A stretch of 57,536 nucleotides of DNA, filler included, from Bipalium vagum (lineage: Eukaryota), in assembly GCA_037834085.1 (NCBI GenBank). It is 3 parts of 3 records of this genome, joined end to end, with 100 filler letters (N's around TTAATTAATTAA, not from the genome) between each part and the next. Parts side by side here need not be neighbours in the genome. Positions count along the whole stretch, not along the records: positions 1 to 17,926 come from JBBMKC010046341.1; positions 18,027 to 35,675 come from JBBMKC010057464.1; 1 more part is not named here. The stretch is one strand, 5' to 3'. Both the position numbers and the translations under genes were made by a program. The notes beneath the pieces were generated by a model. That model was not told the origin of the DNA. It ran no database searches and saw only the letters and a program-made list of their open reading frames with translations. Below, one piece after another: positions 12,691 through 26,280 of this stretch. Position 1 is the first letter of the stretch. Every line of letters starts with the position of its first letter.

Positions 12691-14503
12691 TTTATATTTC
12701 ATTCCTTTTATCACGCCAGCAAAAAATGAAATTTATTGTTTTATAATTTATATATAAAACAAGTAATGATAAAGATTATATTAATACCTACTGAACGACA
12801 CAAAGTTTGAAACTCAATGATTGATTAAGATGATATAATTATTTACTTTTAAATAAATTACTTTTCCTCAACCTTTTCTTTTTAACCTTTATTCCTCTCT
12901 CTCTATATATTCTTTTCCTTCATTTAAATCTGAATCTAGTCAACGTTGTCTTTGTAAAAACTCCTTTTTTCTTAATTAAAAATCGCGGCTTTCAAACTAA
13001 CACTAGCGTTAATGGGATATTACAAAATGATAAATAAGTTCATTTTCGCAAATTTTTGCTGGTCATCTTCACAAAAACTATTCATCTCATTAAACGGGCT
13101 AATGAGGTCCTACTTATTTTGTACAATAAACCAATTAGAACAATGTTTAATTGGCCTCCATCTCGGGTGTTTTTTTAAGTTTAAAATACAATGACTTATT
13201 GCACCTTTGTAGATGAGGGCGACCTTTTCTTTATGTAGCCTTTGTTGACTTTTGTTAATTGGGACGAATAGCTTTTGTTCTATTACAATATACTAATTAA
13301 AAATATACTTCGAAGCATGTTGATTCGTGAAATTTTGATGTATATTTTTCAATGTACAAATCTATAAGAAAATATTAGAATTTTTCAGCAATAATGTTAT
13401 TTAAAAAAATTTACTTCGAATATTATATTGACATCCGTCATATAATGGAACTCAATTACACGAATTCAATTACATGAATGGATTCAGCCGGACATATGTA
13501 AATCAAGTCTAAAGCCGGATGATAGAGGAAAAGAAATGATTATTGACGTTCAAAGATGGTCAAGGACAGTTTATGTGGACAATAAGTGAGCTCTTTATCT
13601 CCAGATTTCAGCGGAAAGTTACTGGAAAAATATTGGAGAAAATGAAATTAATAAATCACATTTCTCTATTCTGATGGACTGGAAAGTTAATAATCAAATT
13701 GAACAAATAATGGTGAATTATTAATCTCCAGAAAAATTTTTCAATTAAAAATACATTAATACATATTAATTTTATAAATTTACTCTGATGTGGTAATCAT
13801 TTTAATATTTTATACTAATAATTTTTTTAATACTGGGGGAAATTTAATATTTGGTTTATTTTATTGAATATTTATAATTCGGATTTGTTTTAATCAATAA
13901 ATTTGTTTTAACCCGCCAAGGTTTAAAGTCCTGGAACTCTTGATGATAAGGTTCTATAAACTGTTAACAGCCAAATCCTATTCTATAAAAAATAATTTAT
14001 CATCCTTTCACTCTCATGTTTCGAAGTTTTTCATAATTATTATAATTAATTTTAATTGTTTTATGCACTTTAGAGGATAATAAAAGTTTCTATATACAAT
14101 TATAATTTTAGGAATAATAAATTTTTAAAAGGAAAACCCCATGTAATATTAATTCATATTTCTAATGGTCAACTTTCTCTGCTCATCATTTTACTATTAA
14201 TTGAAAATCTCTATAAATGTTAAAAAAATCAATAAAAACATGTTATAAAAAACTATTTAATAGACTCAAATATGAAATAGTAATGAATAAAAATTAAAAA
14301 GTCAACAAAAATAAAAATCATGATAGAAACGTCTGAAGAATCACACCTTTTGACCATGAGCATTTTTTACAAGACAGAACATAAAGGTTTAAGGGTCAAA
14401 AGAACGAGCAACTAGTCAAAAAGGAAAAAATTGAAAAATTGGACCCCTCAAATGATTATTCATTGAACTTTGACTTAATTTTTTTGTGATGTCAACAAAT
14501 ATA

Positions 14504-14650
14504 TTGGGTTTTCCCGAAAGTTCTTTCGGTTTTAATATGAAAAAAGGCGAAATTTAAACACAAAAACTTTATTCTATAAAATATTTTCCATTATAACGAC
14601 ATTTTTTTGCCATATTCTAGGCAATAATATGACTCCCTTTTCTTAAAACC
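14504..14650 (-). mobile_element. 3' end of a minus-strand mariner
   Basis: TA-TTGGGTTTTCCCGAAAG TIR-like end; NGKYF C-terminus on the minus strand. Confidence 0.5.
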
Positions 14651-14699
14651 TTTTAAAAATAGTGTCTGTATACAAACTTAAAGTATAGGAAGGAGAGGG

Positions 14700-15281
14700 T
14701 GGGTCCTGGTTGCACAAGTACGTTCAGAATTAAATCAGAATTGCATCCAAAAAATTATGATCTGTATTCGGTGGAATTTTGATGATCTGATATACTGGGA
14801 AATGGTCCTAAAAGGTAAGTCAGTAAACAAGCTCATATAAATAAACCAGTTGCGTAGATTAAACGACATTATTAAAGTAAAATACCAATATAAACGAGCC
14901 AAAGTGATTCTTTTCCATGATAACGCCAGGCCGCTCACAGCAAATATTACCAAAACCAACATTGAAGAGCTCGATTGGGAGGTTCTTCCACACCCTTCAT
15001 ATTCTCAGGATCTGGCGCCAACTGATTTTTATCTTTTCCACCCGTTGTCAAACTAAGTGAAAGGTATTACTTAAAATTTGGATCACAAATTTCTTTCAGA
15101 GAAAATCTAGAAATTTCTGGAATAAAGCTTTCGACAAATTTGTGGAAAGATGGGAGAAGGTCCTAAGAAATGATGGAAATTATGATATCGAATGATTTTC
15201 ATTATTATTTTTAAATAAACTGTTTTGATTACTTCATTTTATATATTGTAAAAAAATCACGACAATTATGTTACAGCCTAA
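14700..15281 (+). mobile_element. Mariner 3' half (DD34D)
   Basis: HDNARP...HPSYSQDLAPTD with 34 residues between the aspartates. ERWEKVLRNDGNY C-terminus. TIR-like ...CAGCCTAA followed by TA. Confidence 0.88.
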
Positions 15282-15693
15282 TAAATCGATTTCTTTTATC
15301 TAAAAATGAAATGAATAAAAAGATTAAAACGAAAATTACTTTTACAATGTTCGGCTGAATTTTGCACAAAATTGCACAACGGTTAACTGTACAGCATGGG
15401 TAACTGCACACAAACCAATTTTATCTTTTTATTTTAAAGAAAATTAAGCTTGTTATAGACTTTTATCGACCAGTGAAATGGTGATCGTCAAATCATAAAT
15501 GGCGTAGAAAATCAAATTAATGACTTAATTAAGAACACTGAAGAAAAGAAAATAATAGATTTATTTAAAATTGTTTAAATACCTTTATAAGTAACCTTAT
15601 TCAAATTACATAATTATTAATTACAGCATAACAATAAATATCAAAGATATTTAGGTGCACAAAATTTCTCAATAAAATCTGAGTTTAATATTA

Positions 15694-16001
15694 TGTATAT
15701 ATACATTATTCTCTGCCAAAGCTGGTCACCTGCAGACCAAAACCAGGATCCTATGCAGCAACCAGCCAACCACAAAATCACAAACTGGATTTATCGAACA
15801 ACTAGCCATTAGTAACAATATCATTATCTCCGTCACAAATGATAAATTTTCACCAACGTAGTTTTCTGTTTTCTTTCCTCTCTACTACTACACCATGAAG
15901 ATTGTACTTCTCTTCCACATCATACTATTCCTTGTTATTATTATTACATTTATTTATCTCATTTTTTTGTTCAATAAATCGAGTCTCATAAAATATATAC
16001 A
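15694..16001. repeat. Possible solo LTR
   Basis: TGTATATAT...ATATATACA ends with AATAAA at 15973. No target-site duplication and the ends are low complexity. Confidence 0.25.
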
Positions 16002-17729
16002 AATCATGTTGAAAAACTAAATCGTGAATGTATTTAAAGAAATGACATCACTGCAATTCATTTTGAAATAGTATTAATTAAAAATAATAAAATAAAAATT
16101 GTTTATTTCACTACGGGGGAAATCACGATTTTCAGAAAAATATTACTGCTAATGAATAGAAGTGGTTATAATTGAACAAATTAATTTTTTTTCCATCGTA
16201 TCGTGAAACAAGATTTCCCTGCAATTCAATTGGTCAATATATAGCAATTTTCATGACCACTAGCACTCAAACAACCTCAGCATACAATCACCTTTCAACA
16301 GCCCTAAATAGACAATTAGGGATAAATGAGACGCCACCTCTTCGTATTGTCACAATTACATTAGGCAGTGGCAAAATCTTATTTTCTCTGCCAGCCTGAA
16401 TTGGCAAACAAACATACTCCTCTTCACTAAAGAAGCAGTAGAAATATGAACACAGTGGTACACATATGGCTTCTTGTCATAGACTGCTGAGACAGTTGCA
16501 GCATTAGAAGGAGAACTAGCAATATAACTGGGCAAATCAAAACAATTAGTAAAATGTCCTGGTCGAAAATCTTTGGCATTACACTATTTCACTAATTAAT
16601 TTTCAATATTACCACCCATCCAACAAGATTAGGTCTTCCAATCTTATCATAACTTAAAATAACAGATTCATACATTATAATTCATACATCACAATTATAA
16701 AACAACTGTCAAATGGTCTTCATCCTCTTTTGAAATTTCTTCACTTCACATTTTTTTCTGTTGGGTCTGACTCGTTCCAGTTATCTTTTTACCTGTTGGA
16801 CCCTACACATATTTCCTCTATCTCTCATTCACTATCATTTCTTCTTGATTTATTTTTAATGGCCTGAACACTACCTCCTTCTTATTACTTTTCTATTCAC
16901 ACACCTTTTCCGATTCTTTGCTTTCTTTCCTTAGGGATTCTGATAAAGATTCTTCATTTTTATTATCTAATCTGTCTTTCTTAAATATTGGTGTAATTGC
17001 TTATTCCTTAACTACTGTGTTTCAAAATAATGGGGAATCAATAACCTTTTAAAATCACGTTATTTTTCTTTTTTAACTTTCTTCATCGTAACTTTTTTTT
17101 CAACACATCAGATTTCGCTAACCCCTTCATCGTTTCTACAATAGACTCTATCTATTCCATTGTCGCTTGTCCCAATGAAAGTTTTTCCATCGGTATTACA
17201 GATTTTTGGATACCCCATCCACCAATTTCTTCCTTTCTTGTTAATTTTAATGATTGCTCTCATTCATTCCTGGTCTTTAGAATCAGAATTCTACTATCAC
17301 TTAAACTTATAAAAAAAAGATACATTTTAAATAATCTCTCCATTCTTTTGTTCAAAAATTATCAGTTAAACAATGATATGTATTGATTCTAACATTGAAA
17401 GTGAAAATAAAATAAAATAAGTTAACGTTAGTAAGTGATAGTAATCGTTGATCTTACTGAATATCATAAAATCAAGTTTGAGATGTATGTGTGGAGACCC
17501 CCAACCCTGAAGTCAAAAAATTTTTGTATTGATTTTGATATATTTTAGTTTTAAGAAAATAAAATTATTATTCGAATCATTTACATATTTATTATGGTTT
17601 TTTTATTTATATATTTATTTATATATTTTATTTTCAAAGTTTGTTCCCAAGCTCTAATATATAATAATAATCTAAAAAATTATAAAAACTAATTATTTCA
17701 ATTATTAAGTTTTTAATTAAAACTTACTA

Positions 17730-17926
17730 CAGTGCGCGTAAAGTCTGTTCATCCCCTATAAAAAATACTAATTTTAATTGAAAAGAATATTCTAAACAAC
17801 GAAATTTATTAAATAAACAAGTCTTAATATTGAATAGGATATCCCTTTAATTTCTTGACCAATTGTAATCTTTTGGGCATTGAGTTCAAAATTTTCTGGC
17901 ACGTGTTACGAGAAAGGTTGTACCAT
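17730..17926 (-). mobile_element. Tc1 element 3' end running into the gap
   Basis: TA-CAGTG terminus. The minus strand encodes WYNLSRNTCQKILNSMPKRLQLVKKLKGYPIQY*. Confidence 0.8.
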
Positions 17927-18026
17927 NNNNNNNNNNNNNNNNNNNNNNNNNNNNNNNNNNNNNNNNNNNNTTAATTAATTAANNNNNNNNNNNNNNNNNN
18001 NNNNNNNNNNNNNNNNNNNNNNNNNN
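17927..18026. other. Assembly gap with artificial six-frame stop linker
   Basis: N44-TTAATTAATTAA-N44, 100 bp in total; identical to the gap at 35676. Confidence 0.95.
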
Positions 18027-20959
18027 AATTATTTATTTCTTTTATTGTTACCTTAAGAAATCTTAGAATGCGATCATTTCATTATAAAATAGCTATTTTA
18101 TTAGGTGCGATTAAACGTATGGACTGTAGTATATATATAGTATATAATATACACACTACATTATAGTCACCTATCCTAGAATATTCATCCATCAGTGAAT
18201 CGATAATGATTTGAGAGGCGCACCTAAAATATTTTGTGATCGTAAAAGAAGAATTGTGTGTCATAGTTTTTAATTTCTTATGTTGGGTTTCACATAATCA
18301 CATATATGATAAAAATAGAAAATCTCGCTGTTTTAAATGCTTAATTTTTAGTGCAATATTTTGGTAAATACCATTTCCTTTTTGCATTTTTTGTAAAAAA
18401 TCTGTTTTCGGTTCTAAATTTAATTTTAAGACATTACCATATACACAAATTAAATGTGTTTTAAAACCTCTTTATTCAGAAGAAATTTGATTGCTCCTTA
18501 ATCTGATGAAAAAATATTTTTCAATGCATATATTTTATCTATAGATTGAGACGTTTTCTTCCAAAATAGACTTTAATTTTTTGAATATCTAACTTAGAAA
18601 ATAAGTTATTAAAGTGAATTTAATTAACTTGATAAAACAAGAAGAGGAAAAACTAAAGTTGCTCAAAAAAATGATACAAAACCAAAAATACGTACTATTA
18701 CCAAAAAATATTAGCAATAATCAAGAATCAAATGGAAAACAATAAGAATAAAGAAATTGCAGGAGGTCTAAATATCTCATATGCAACTATTTTTCTTTTA
18801 TTTAGGTTTACAATTAAACAATGCTGTCCTACTTAATAATTTACAATTTTTATAAGCGACATTAGCAGAATTATTTTCATAAAAATCTGTTTAAAAAATT
18901 CTTAATTCTTTGGATTACTGTCGAGTTAAAGTATAATTAATGGTAACGTATGGAACACCGTTGTCGTAAAGGGATTACAACTCGTCCATTATTTCATTGA
19001 AAAAAAATCATAAAATCATGCTTAAAATTGAATATTAACTGAGAATAAATAGAAATTCGGTTAAAATTATACAAACCGAATTATGCAGTTAATTTTTGAA
19101 AATAAAAAATTTAAAACAAGATAATGGTAAGTACATAATTTTAAACAAATCTAGAATTGCGGTATTTAAACCAAGCAGATCTTTGAATGTTAACTGAGTA
19201 CAAATATAAAAGTACTATATGTATAAGTACATTTGAAATTATGTATATGTACAATTAATATTAATTTTTTCTAATTTAAAAAGATTTTCACTTTTATTTT
19301 TGTGTTAATAGACCATACTCGAAGATTAACGCATTGATTTAAGCAATAGCTTCTGATAACAAATGCAATAAAGTTTTAATATCTCACTTCTTCATTTCAA
19401 GCATATAAACCTAATGAGTCTTTTCCCACAGAAAATGTTTTTTCAGTATAAAAAATTATTAAAACTTAATTATAAATTTGGAGTTTGAGAAAAATTAACG
19501 AAAAATAACCATTTTATCTTTGTTCTGTTTTTTGCCTCTAAAAGAAATTTGAAAATACGTTCCCTTAAAACATTACCACCATCTAGTTCAGCTTTACTGC
19601 TTATGCTACTTTTTTAATCACTTTTGGACTTTGTAAGCTTCAGAGTTTTGATCATTACATTTTAGTCAATGGATTTCCGATCTTATGCTTTCTTGGTATT
19701 TCAACATAATTTTTCGAAAATATATTCCATAATTTATGGTTTTAACTTCTGATGATCTGATAAAACAAGATTCATTATCAAAAAAATGAATTCAAATCAA
19801 TATTAATAAAATTACAATGGTCCACAAAAGAAGAGTGAAACCCCAATGTTAGCTGTTTCCCATGAAAATTAACCTCGTTCATGGAGGTTGTGATGATTAT
19901 ACATCATAACAACCCATAGAATGAGACTAATTAAACACGCATTATTATGATGTCAACAATCACAACATGATTTCACTGATAACGAACTCACTTCATTAAA
20001 ACCAATTGACATTGAAAAAAGCGAATGAAAATGGCGATGATCACATTCTTGATCAATTTTGATCCATCTAAGATTTAATTCAATAATAATTCACAAAACT
20101 AAAGGAGTCCCAATTGTAAAATGAAAGGGGAAGAAATGATTTTTCTTTTGGACAATCAGAAACAAATTGAAAAAATATGTACCATGCACACACACACGAC
20201 GACAGCCAGTCATTATCGTACTAATACACACTCATCTGTTGTGTGTCTGTATGTACAGTTAAAATGTACTGGCTAGTCAAGAAATGTTGAGATTCGCATG
20301 CATGCCTAGGTATAGAGAAGAAAACCGCCAAGACAAATAGATTTTTGGAAAATTGTTAGCTGAAGCTTGAGAGATTAAAATGTTTCTCTAAACCTATCGA
20401 TTTATTTCTTATACAAGAAACGCAATTGTAGAATTTTAACAAAAGAAATGATAAACCATGATTTATACTGCTTATTTTTTTAAAGATAAAGGTTGTTAAA
20501 GTATTTCGAATTTTGTAAGTACAAAATAGAATAAAGGTTGTGGTTGCTGGTTATTTTTTATCGAAAAATTTTATGCTGAAAAAATGATATTCTCACTGAA
20601 TTGAAAAATAATTCTCAAGAATTTTTTTCTATTGCACTGGAATATTTTAACGTACTTACTGAATAGTTCTATGGATTACTTCTATTGTTAATTTCATATT
20701 TCAATTGTCAAGTCTTCATATTTTTATTATTTTTTCATGTTAAATTTATATTGTCAATCTGTTTTTTACTGTTACCTATAGAATTAGTTTAACAAACAAT
20801 TTAATTATAAAAAATTATTGAAAATTAGTACAATATCCACAGTAAAAACATGCTTTATGTAATAATAATAAAAGACAATAGTTCCTGTAATTCTTTGATT
20901 TTTTTGTATTGATTTATTATTATTTTCCAATAGAATTAATATTGAACAAAAAAACTATA

Positions 20960-21460
20960 ATGGGTCAAGTTCCAAATGCATATTGTGAAGTTCCTAAAAA
21001 TTGAGTGTATGAAATAAAAAGATTTGCTTAAGAAAATTGAACTTGGGACTTACGATAACTTAATAAAAATTATTATGATCAGAAGGAATTACAGATGAAT
21101 GCTTAAAGCACACTCATCAAACAATAATATAATTATGTAAAATTGGATCGATTTAAATATTAACTGAGAGAACAATTTTATTTTCAAAATATTTATTTGT
21201 AAATTTTTTACAATAAAAATCTTTTACAAATTATTGTTAATTGAAATTGTCTAAGGATTGACATCTTTAGATACAAACTTCGTATAGTATGCTAAAGCTA
21301 TTGGTAGTTTACCAGCTAGCAACCGTGTAAACTATAACAATCAAAAAAGAAGAAAATGAAATAATTAAAAAATTATTTGATTCTCGAAGAAATTCAAGCA
21401 CTTATTTTGGAGAAGTTAGTTAATTAATATCAAATCAATCGTTGATGAATACTTGCCGAA
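20960..21460 (+). repeat. Dispersed repeat copy 1, probable decayed LINE 3' region
   Basis: Shares blocks with 29300-29750: atcagaagga.ttacagatgaa, tagt.tgctaaag, ccagc.agcaac and tcaatcg. Confidence 0.5.
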
Positions 21461-21659
21461 AATAATAATTAATTTAATATTTAAGTTTGGATCTACAGTA
21501 AAACTGGTAAAAAATCAGATTGATCCAACACCGATCTCAAAGATAAAGCCTACAGAAACCACAGACGATATGAAGGAACGCCTGAAGCCGATGGAAAGTT
21601 ATGACAGATCTCCGAAATTAAAAATCGATATTGGAAACATTTTATATTTCGATGTATGA

Positions 21660-22475
21660 ATGGATTCAAAATATGATTTTCAAGTGCATTTGCCCAATTA
21701 TTGAAAGAAAGGCTTAAAAGCTACAGAGGCTGTTTGAATGATCAGTAGTGTGGAAGGTGTGAATAGTGTCAGTAATCATACAGCTCAAAATTGGTTTTAA
21801 GAAATTTCCAAAGAAGACATCAATCTGTTAAGGAAAGAAGTTTTTGGGCGACCATCCATAGTGAATTCCGAAGCTCTGGTGGAACCTGTTGAAAAAAATC
21901 AAAGAACTAATACCTGGAAATTATCAGTAAAATTAGAACCTTCAAAATCCACCATATGCAAACATTTACATTTTCATGGAAAGTTACACAGACGGTGTCG
22001 AGAAATACTTCTTGATTTAATTGTGAAAATGCTCTACAACGTGTGGATATCTGAAAAAAACTCTGGAAAATTCGATTTGACAGTCACTTCATTAAGAGAA
22101 TCGTGACAAGCGATGAGAAGTGGATTTACTTTACAAATCTAGACATTTCAAATCAGTGGTTGGACATTGAGCAAACAAAATTTCCTGCTGTTAAACAGCA
22201 AACGATTTTTAAAAAGTTCATATTTTTCTTATGTCGGAATTACAAAGGTGAAATCCACTTGGATTTGATTTTTACCACATCCAACTTACAGTCCTGATCT
22301 GGCGCCTACTGATTACTTATCTACTTAAATATTTGGCACATTTCCTTTGTGATCGAAGCTTTAGTAATTTTTAAAATGTGGAAATTGACAGCTCGAAACA
22401 ATGTCATTTTATTGGAATTCAAGACTATCTAAAAGATGAACGAAGACCATCGAACATAATGGTCTATATTTGATA
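21660..22475 (+). mobile_element. Degenerate, internally deleted mariner
   Basis: KATEA, AQNWF, GRPS, IVTSDEKWIYF, YSPDLAPTDY and EHNGLY. Confidence 0.88.
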
Positions 22476-22559
22476 TGTATTTATTAAAAAAATTTTATAA
22501 TTTGATTTCTTTTTTTAAATATAAAACATGTGGCCGGATATTTTCATGCAAAATGATTG

Positions 22560-22900
22560 CACCATTTTTGCACCAATATGCACCAAGGTCATATTTTCTG
22601 GTGCATTTACTCGAGATCTTGATAATAATTCGTTGTGATGGTTTCACCAGTTTTCAGAAAGTTATAGTGAAATATGCCCTTGGAATTCCCCGAAGCAGTT
22701 AATAATGAAAATTTGTAATAGGAAATTTTTTCGAAGACTCATATTTGATCACTTATTGAAAGGAACGATTTCTGTTGATCTAGAGAACCCACTTCTCATC
22801 GAATATTACAATACGATTTAGAAATGAATTACTCTCATTTAAGAAATGAGAATCAGATCTCATGACAACGGATTTTTTGGTGTTGGTTCAGTTGATGTTG
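22560..22900 (-). mobile_element. Mariner fragment
   Basis: Minus-strand RIVIFDEKWVL at about 22815-22783. Confidence 0.5.
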
Positions 22901-23789
22901 CATCCATTTGTCAAATTTATTTTAAATCTTTACTATCAAAACTCGATAGTAAAATTTTATTTTTAAATCAAGTGATGTTAATAAAATTTTTTGGATCTAC
23001 ATATAATTCCCAAATTCTGCACACCAAACAGAAACATAAATTAGTAGTAAACATTGATGTCCTCACCTGAAAAACATTAAATTATTTACTGTTCAATAAA
23101 AGTGTGATTATTTTTCTCCGCTCATAAGTATTTGTTGTAAACTGGTTTCATGTAATCTTGGTTTTCTGATAACCGAAATAGCCATGATGACAAAAAATGC
23201 ACATTCTGTCACCTAAAGCAAAATAAAACCGAAATTCAAGAGACCAAGAAAGTTAATACTAAAAAATTAATGGTGAGAAAAATATCTTTCTATCTCTAAG
23301 GTAAAATAATTAAATGAATTATCTATCGATTTAAAAAGAAATTTGTGTTTTTGGAATTATTACAAATTCCTATCTTTATTATTATCCACACTTAATATTT
23401 CTTTATTAAAAAATCTGCCAGTGTATTCAAAAGATTTTAAAGGTGAATTGGATTGAAATCTCGTAGGTATTTGTACTACTAAATTTCACTATTTCTGATT
23501 GGCTAAATTGTTTCTTAAAAACTTTAAAACCAATCTCTAATTATAAATTAAAATAACTAATTTTATTGCGTACCTGCTAAATGTATGAATTATTCACTTT
23601 TGGGAATCTATCTGGGAGTAAGAATGTCTATTTGACGTTTGTTTTAAATAGTCAATGAAATCATTGTGAGTAATAATTTTTATTATGTATTTAATTATGT
23701 ATTATATACTCTATTAAATGTTAATGGAGTCCAATATGTTGCTCGTCACTCTGGTCTGTTCACAATGACAGAGGCCCAAGAATTTAAAA

Positions 23790-26280
23790 TTAAAATACAA
23801 GAAATTTACATGTGGCATTAAAACCTCCATGAAAATTCAAACCATAAAAAAATAATTTTTTTATGGACCACAAATTCAATATAGCGGGATTATGCTTTTA
23901 GTCTATTACTGGTTAATCAAATTTCACTTACAGTCAAATCTCGTTACTATGCCACTCCGCTATTATGCCACTTTTCTACGTTGCCGATAAAATTTACTAC
24001 AAAATAAATTTATTATGCCACCATTAAATAATGATGATGCTATGTAATTTTTTACTAACTACTAAAAATGTGCATATCAGTCATTGCTTTGTCTAATTAT
24101 GCATTTTTTAAAAACCATTCAAAAATAAACTCAGCAGTTAACTGATTAATTCTATTTTTTTATTTCTTTTTTTTTCAAATTTAATTCATTTTTTTTCAAT
24201 TTTTTTTAATTCAGCCCATCATGTCAACTCAAAAGCGCAAACGAATTGATTTTACGTTGAAGCAAAAGAAGGAAATCATTGGTGCTGCGAAGAAGGAGCC
24301 GAATACGTCCAAGCTAGCCAGAGAGATGAGCAAGAAATGGGGCGTTGAAGTCAAGAGAACTACAGTAAAAGGCATTCTCAACAAGAAGGATTGTATTGAG
24401 TCTGCCGTAAATGCCTGAGTTCCATCGAAACGAGTAAAGCTGACACAGGCTCACAACCAAAATCTTGACAAAGGGGTACTCATGTGGTTAAAGCAGGCAA
24501 GAGGAGCAAATCTGCCTGTCAGCGGAGATCTTCTCAAGGAAAAGGCTGTGAAAATGGCCTAGTTGATGCACATCCAAATTTTTATGGCAAGTGACTGTTG
24601 GCTAGATAACTTTAAGAAGCGCCACGGCATTGTGTTTAAGACAGTACAATTCGTAATCTCTTCTTGAGTGGAAACAACAGGTTCTTCAGCCTTTACTCAA
24701 AAAGTTTAGCTCAAACGACGTCTTCAACCTAGACGAGACAGGACTTTCTGGCAGCTTCTTCCAAATAAGACCATGTCTTTCAGAGGTGAGCGATGCACAG
24801 AAGGAAAGAAGAGCAAGCAAAGAATTACACTTTTATTTGAGGCAAACATGAGTGGTAACGAAAAATTTCCTCTTCTAGTAATTGGAAATTCAAAAAGGCC
24901 TCGTGCCTTCAAGAACAAGGAAATCCCAGTCAGGTACAAGGCAAACTCAAAAGCATGGATGACGGCGGAGCTGTTCGAGGAGACTTTGCGTGTATGGGAC
25001 AGACGACTTGGCCAACAGGGTCGTAAAGTATTGATTTGCCTTGATAACTTTTCTGGTCACCCTCAAGAGCTTCAGCTGGAAAACATCCAACAAGTTTTTT
25101 TCTCACCCAACACGACAGCCAATTCTCAACCAATGGATCAGGGAATTATAGAGATTCTCAAACCTAACTACAAAAAGCTTTTGCTGTGTCGTCGATTTGA
25201 AGCAATGAATGAAGGAAAGGAGTTTAAGTTTCGTTAAGTTAAGCAGAAATCCAAACTGAGCCAGAGGATACTGAGCTGCTCGAGATTTGGGAATCTCTGC
25301 CGGCAGAAGAAAAAATGCATGAAAACGAAGAGATTGAGCTGTTGGATTTTCTTAATACTGACGAGCGTCTTGCGACTGTTGGATCATTTACGTTAGAAGA
25401 GATTGCGGAGGAGGTGCTGTGCAGCGAGGAACCGGTGGAACACAAAGATATTAAAGTAATAACTGTCGAGGAGGAAGTTGTTTTTTTCGACGAAGCCCAG
25501 CGCGCATGGATTATTGTTTGAAAGGTTATGCAGCAGAACAGCGGTAAAACTGATGTTATGTTAGCGTGCGATAGGTTAGATAACAAGATAAACAGAATCT
25601 GCCAAAAAAAATGCGTCAGTCGACGATTTTTGAAGTCTTTGGATTAGCTGATAGTAACCTAAAAAAATAGTCTTTTTTACAAACCCTCGCTACTCTGCCA
25701 CTCTCGCTATTATGCCACTTTTGCTCGGTCCCGACGGGTGGCATAGTAACGAGATTTTACTGTATTTGGTAATTGTTGCAACTCAATGCAGTTCAGAGAC
25801 TGTCTGCCATTTTCAGTAAATATTTCGAAAGTTAATTGCAAATTCCCTGGGATGCGAAGATAAAATTATCGAAGGAAATGGTATAATCGTCGAGATTGAT
25901 GAAAATAAATTATATCACTGAGATCACAATGTTGAAGGAGTATGGGCTCTCTGGTGTATCGAGTATACAGAGATATTTTAATTGAAAATAATTAAAAAAC
26001 ATTTCAGACCAGGATACATAATTTATAGTAAAAAAAATGCTACAGTGGTTTTCAACAAAATAAATATTGACACAACACTGTTAGCCAGTCTGTACGTTAT
26101 AGAAATGCAACAACTGGTGTCTATACAAATAATTTTGAAGGTCTATGGAACGGTCTGAAAATTCAAATCATAACTAAAAACTGCATAGAAGACCATTTGC
26201 TTAAATGTGTCTGAAGCTGGAAGTACAAATAACAATATATGGGAAGCCTTGCTAATAGCTTTAAAGTCATTTTAGCGTAG
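23790..26280 (+). mobile_element. Decayed Merlin (IS1595/ISXO2-like) transposon, interrupted by the pogo/Tigger element
   Basis: The left piece reads IMLLVYYWL. The right piece reads FRKLIANSL..EDKIIEGNGIIVEIDENK..VEGVW..IE, HFRPGYIIYS, HNTVSQS and TGVYTNNFEGLWNGLK. Confidence 0.8.
23931..25762 (+). mobile_element. pogo/Tigger DNA transposon with both TIRs; transposase pseudogene about 24221-25655
   Basis: 25-bp TIRs CAGTMAAATCTCGTTACTATGCCAC (24/25 identical), TA on both sides and subterminal TATGCCAC repeats. CENP-B-type HTH followed by NLDETG...DNFSGH...QPMDQG (30 residues between D2 and D3). In-frame stops and deletions. Confidence 0.96.

Noticed and set aside
16200-17300. Possible minus-strand gag-like remnant (also 43500-44140 on +)
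   Set aside because: Purine skew suggests retroelement debris, but no diagnostic motif could be read.
17971-17982. TTAATTAATTAA palindrome inside N runs (also 35720-35731)
   Set aside because: Identical N44-linker-N44 format with stops in all six frames: a scaffolding artefact, not biology.
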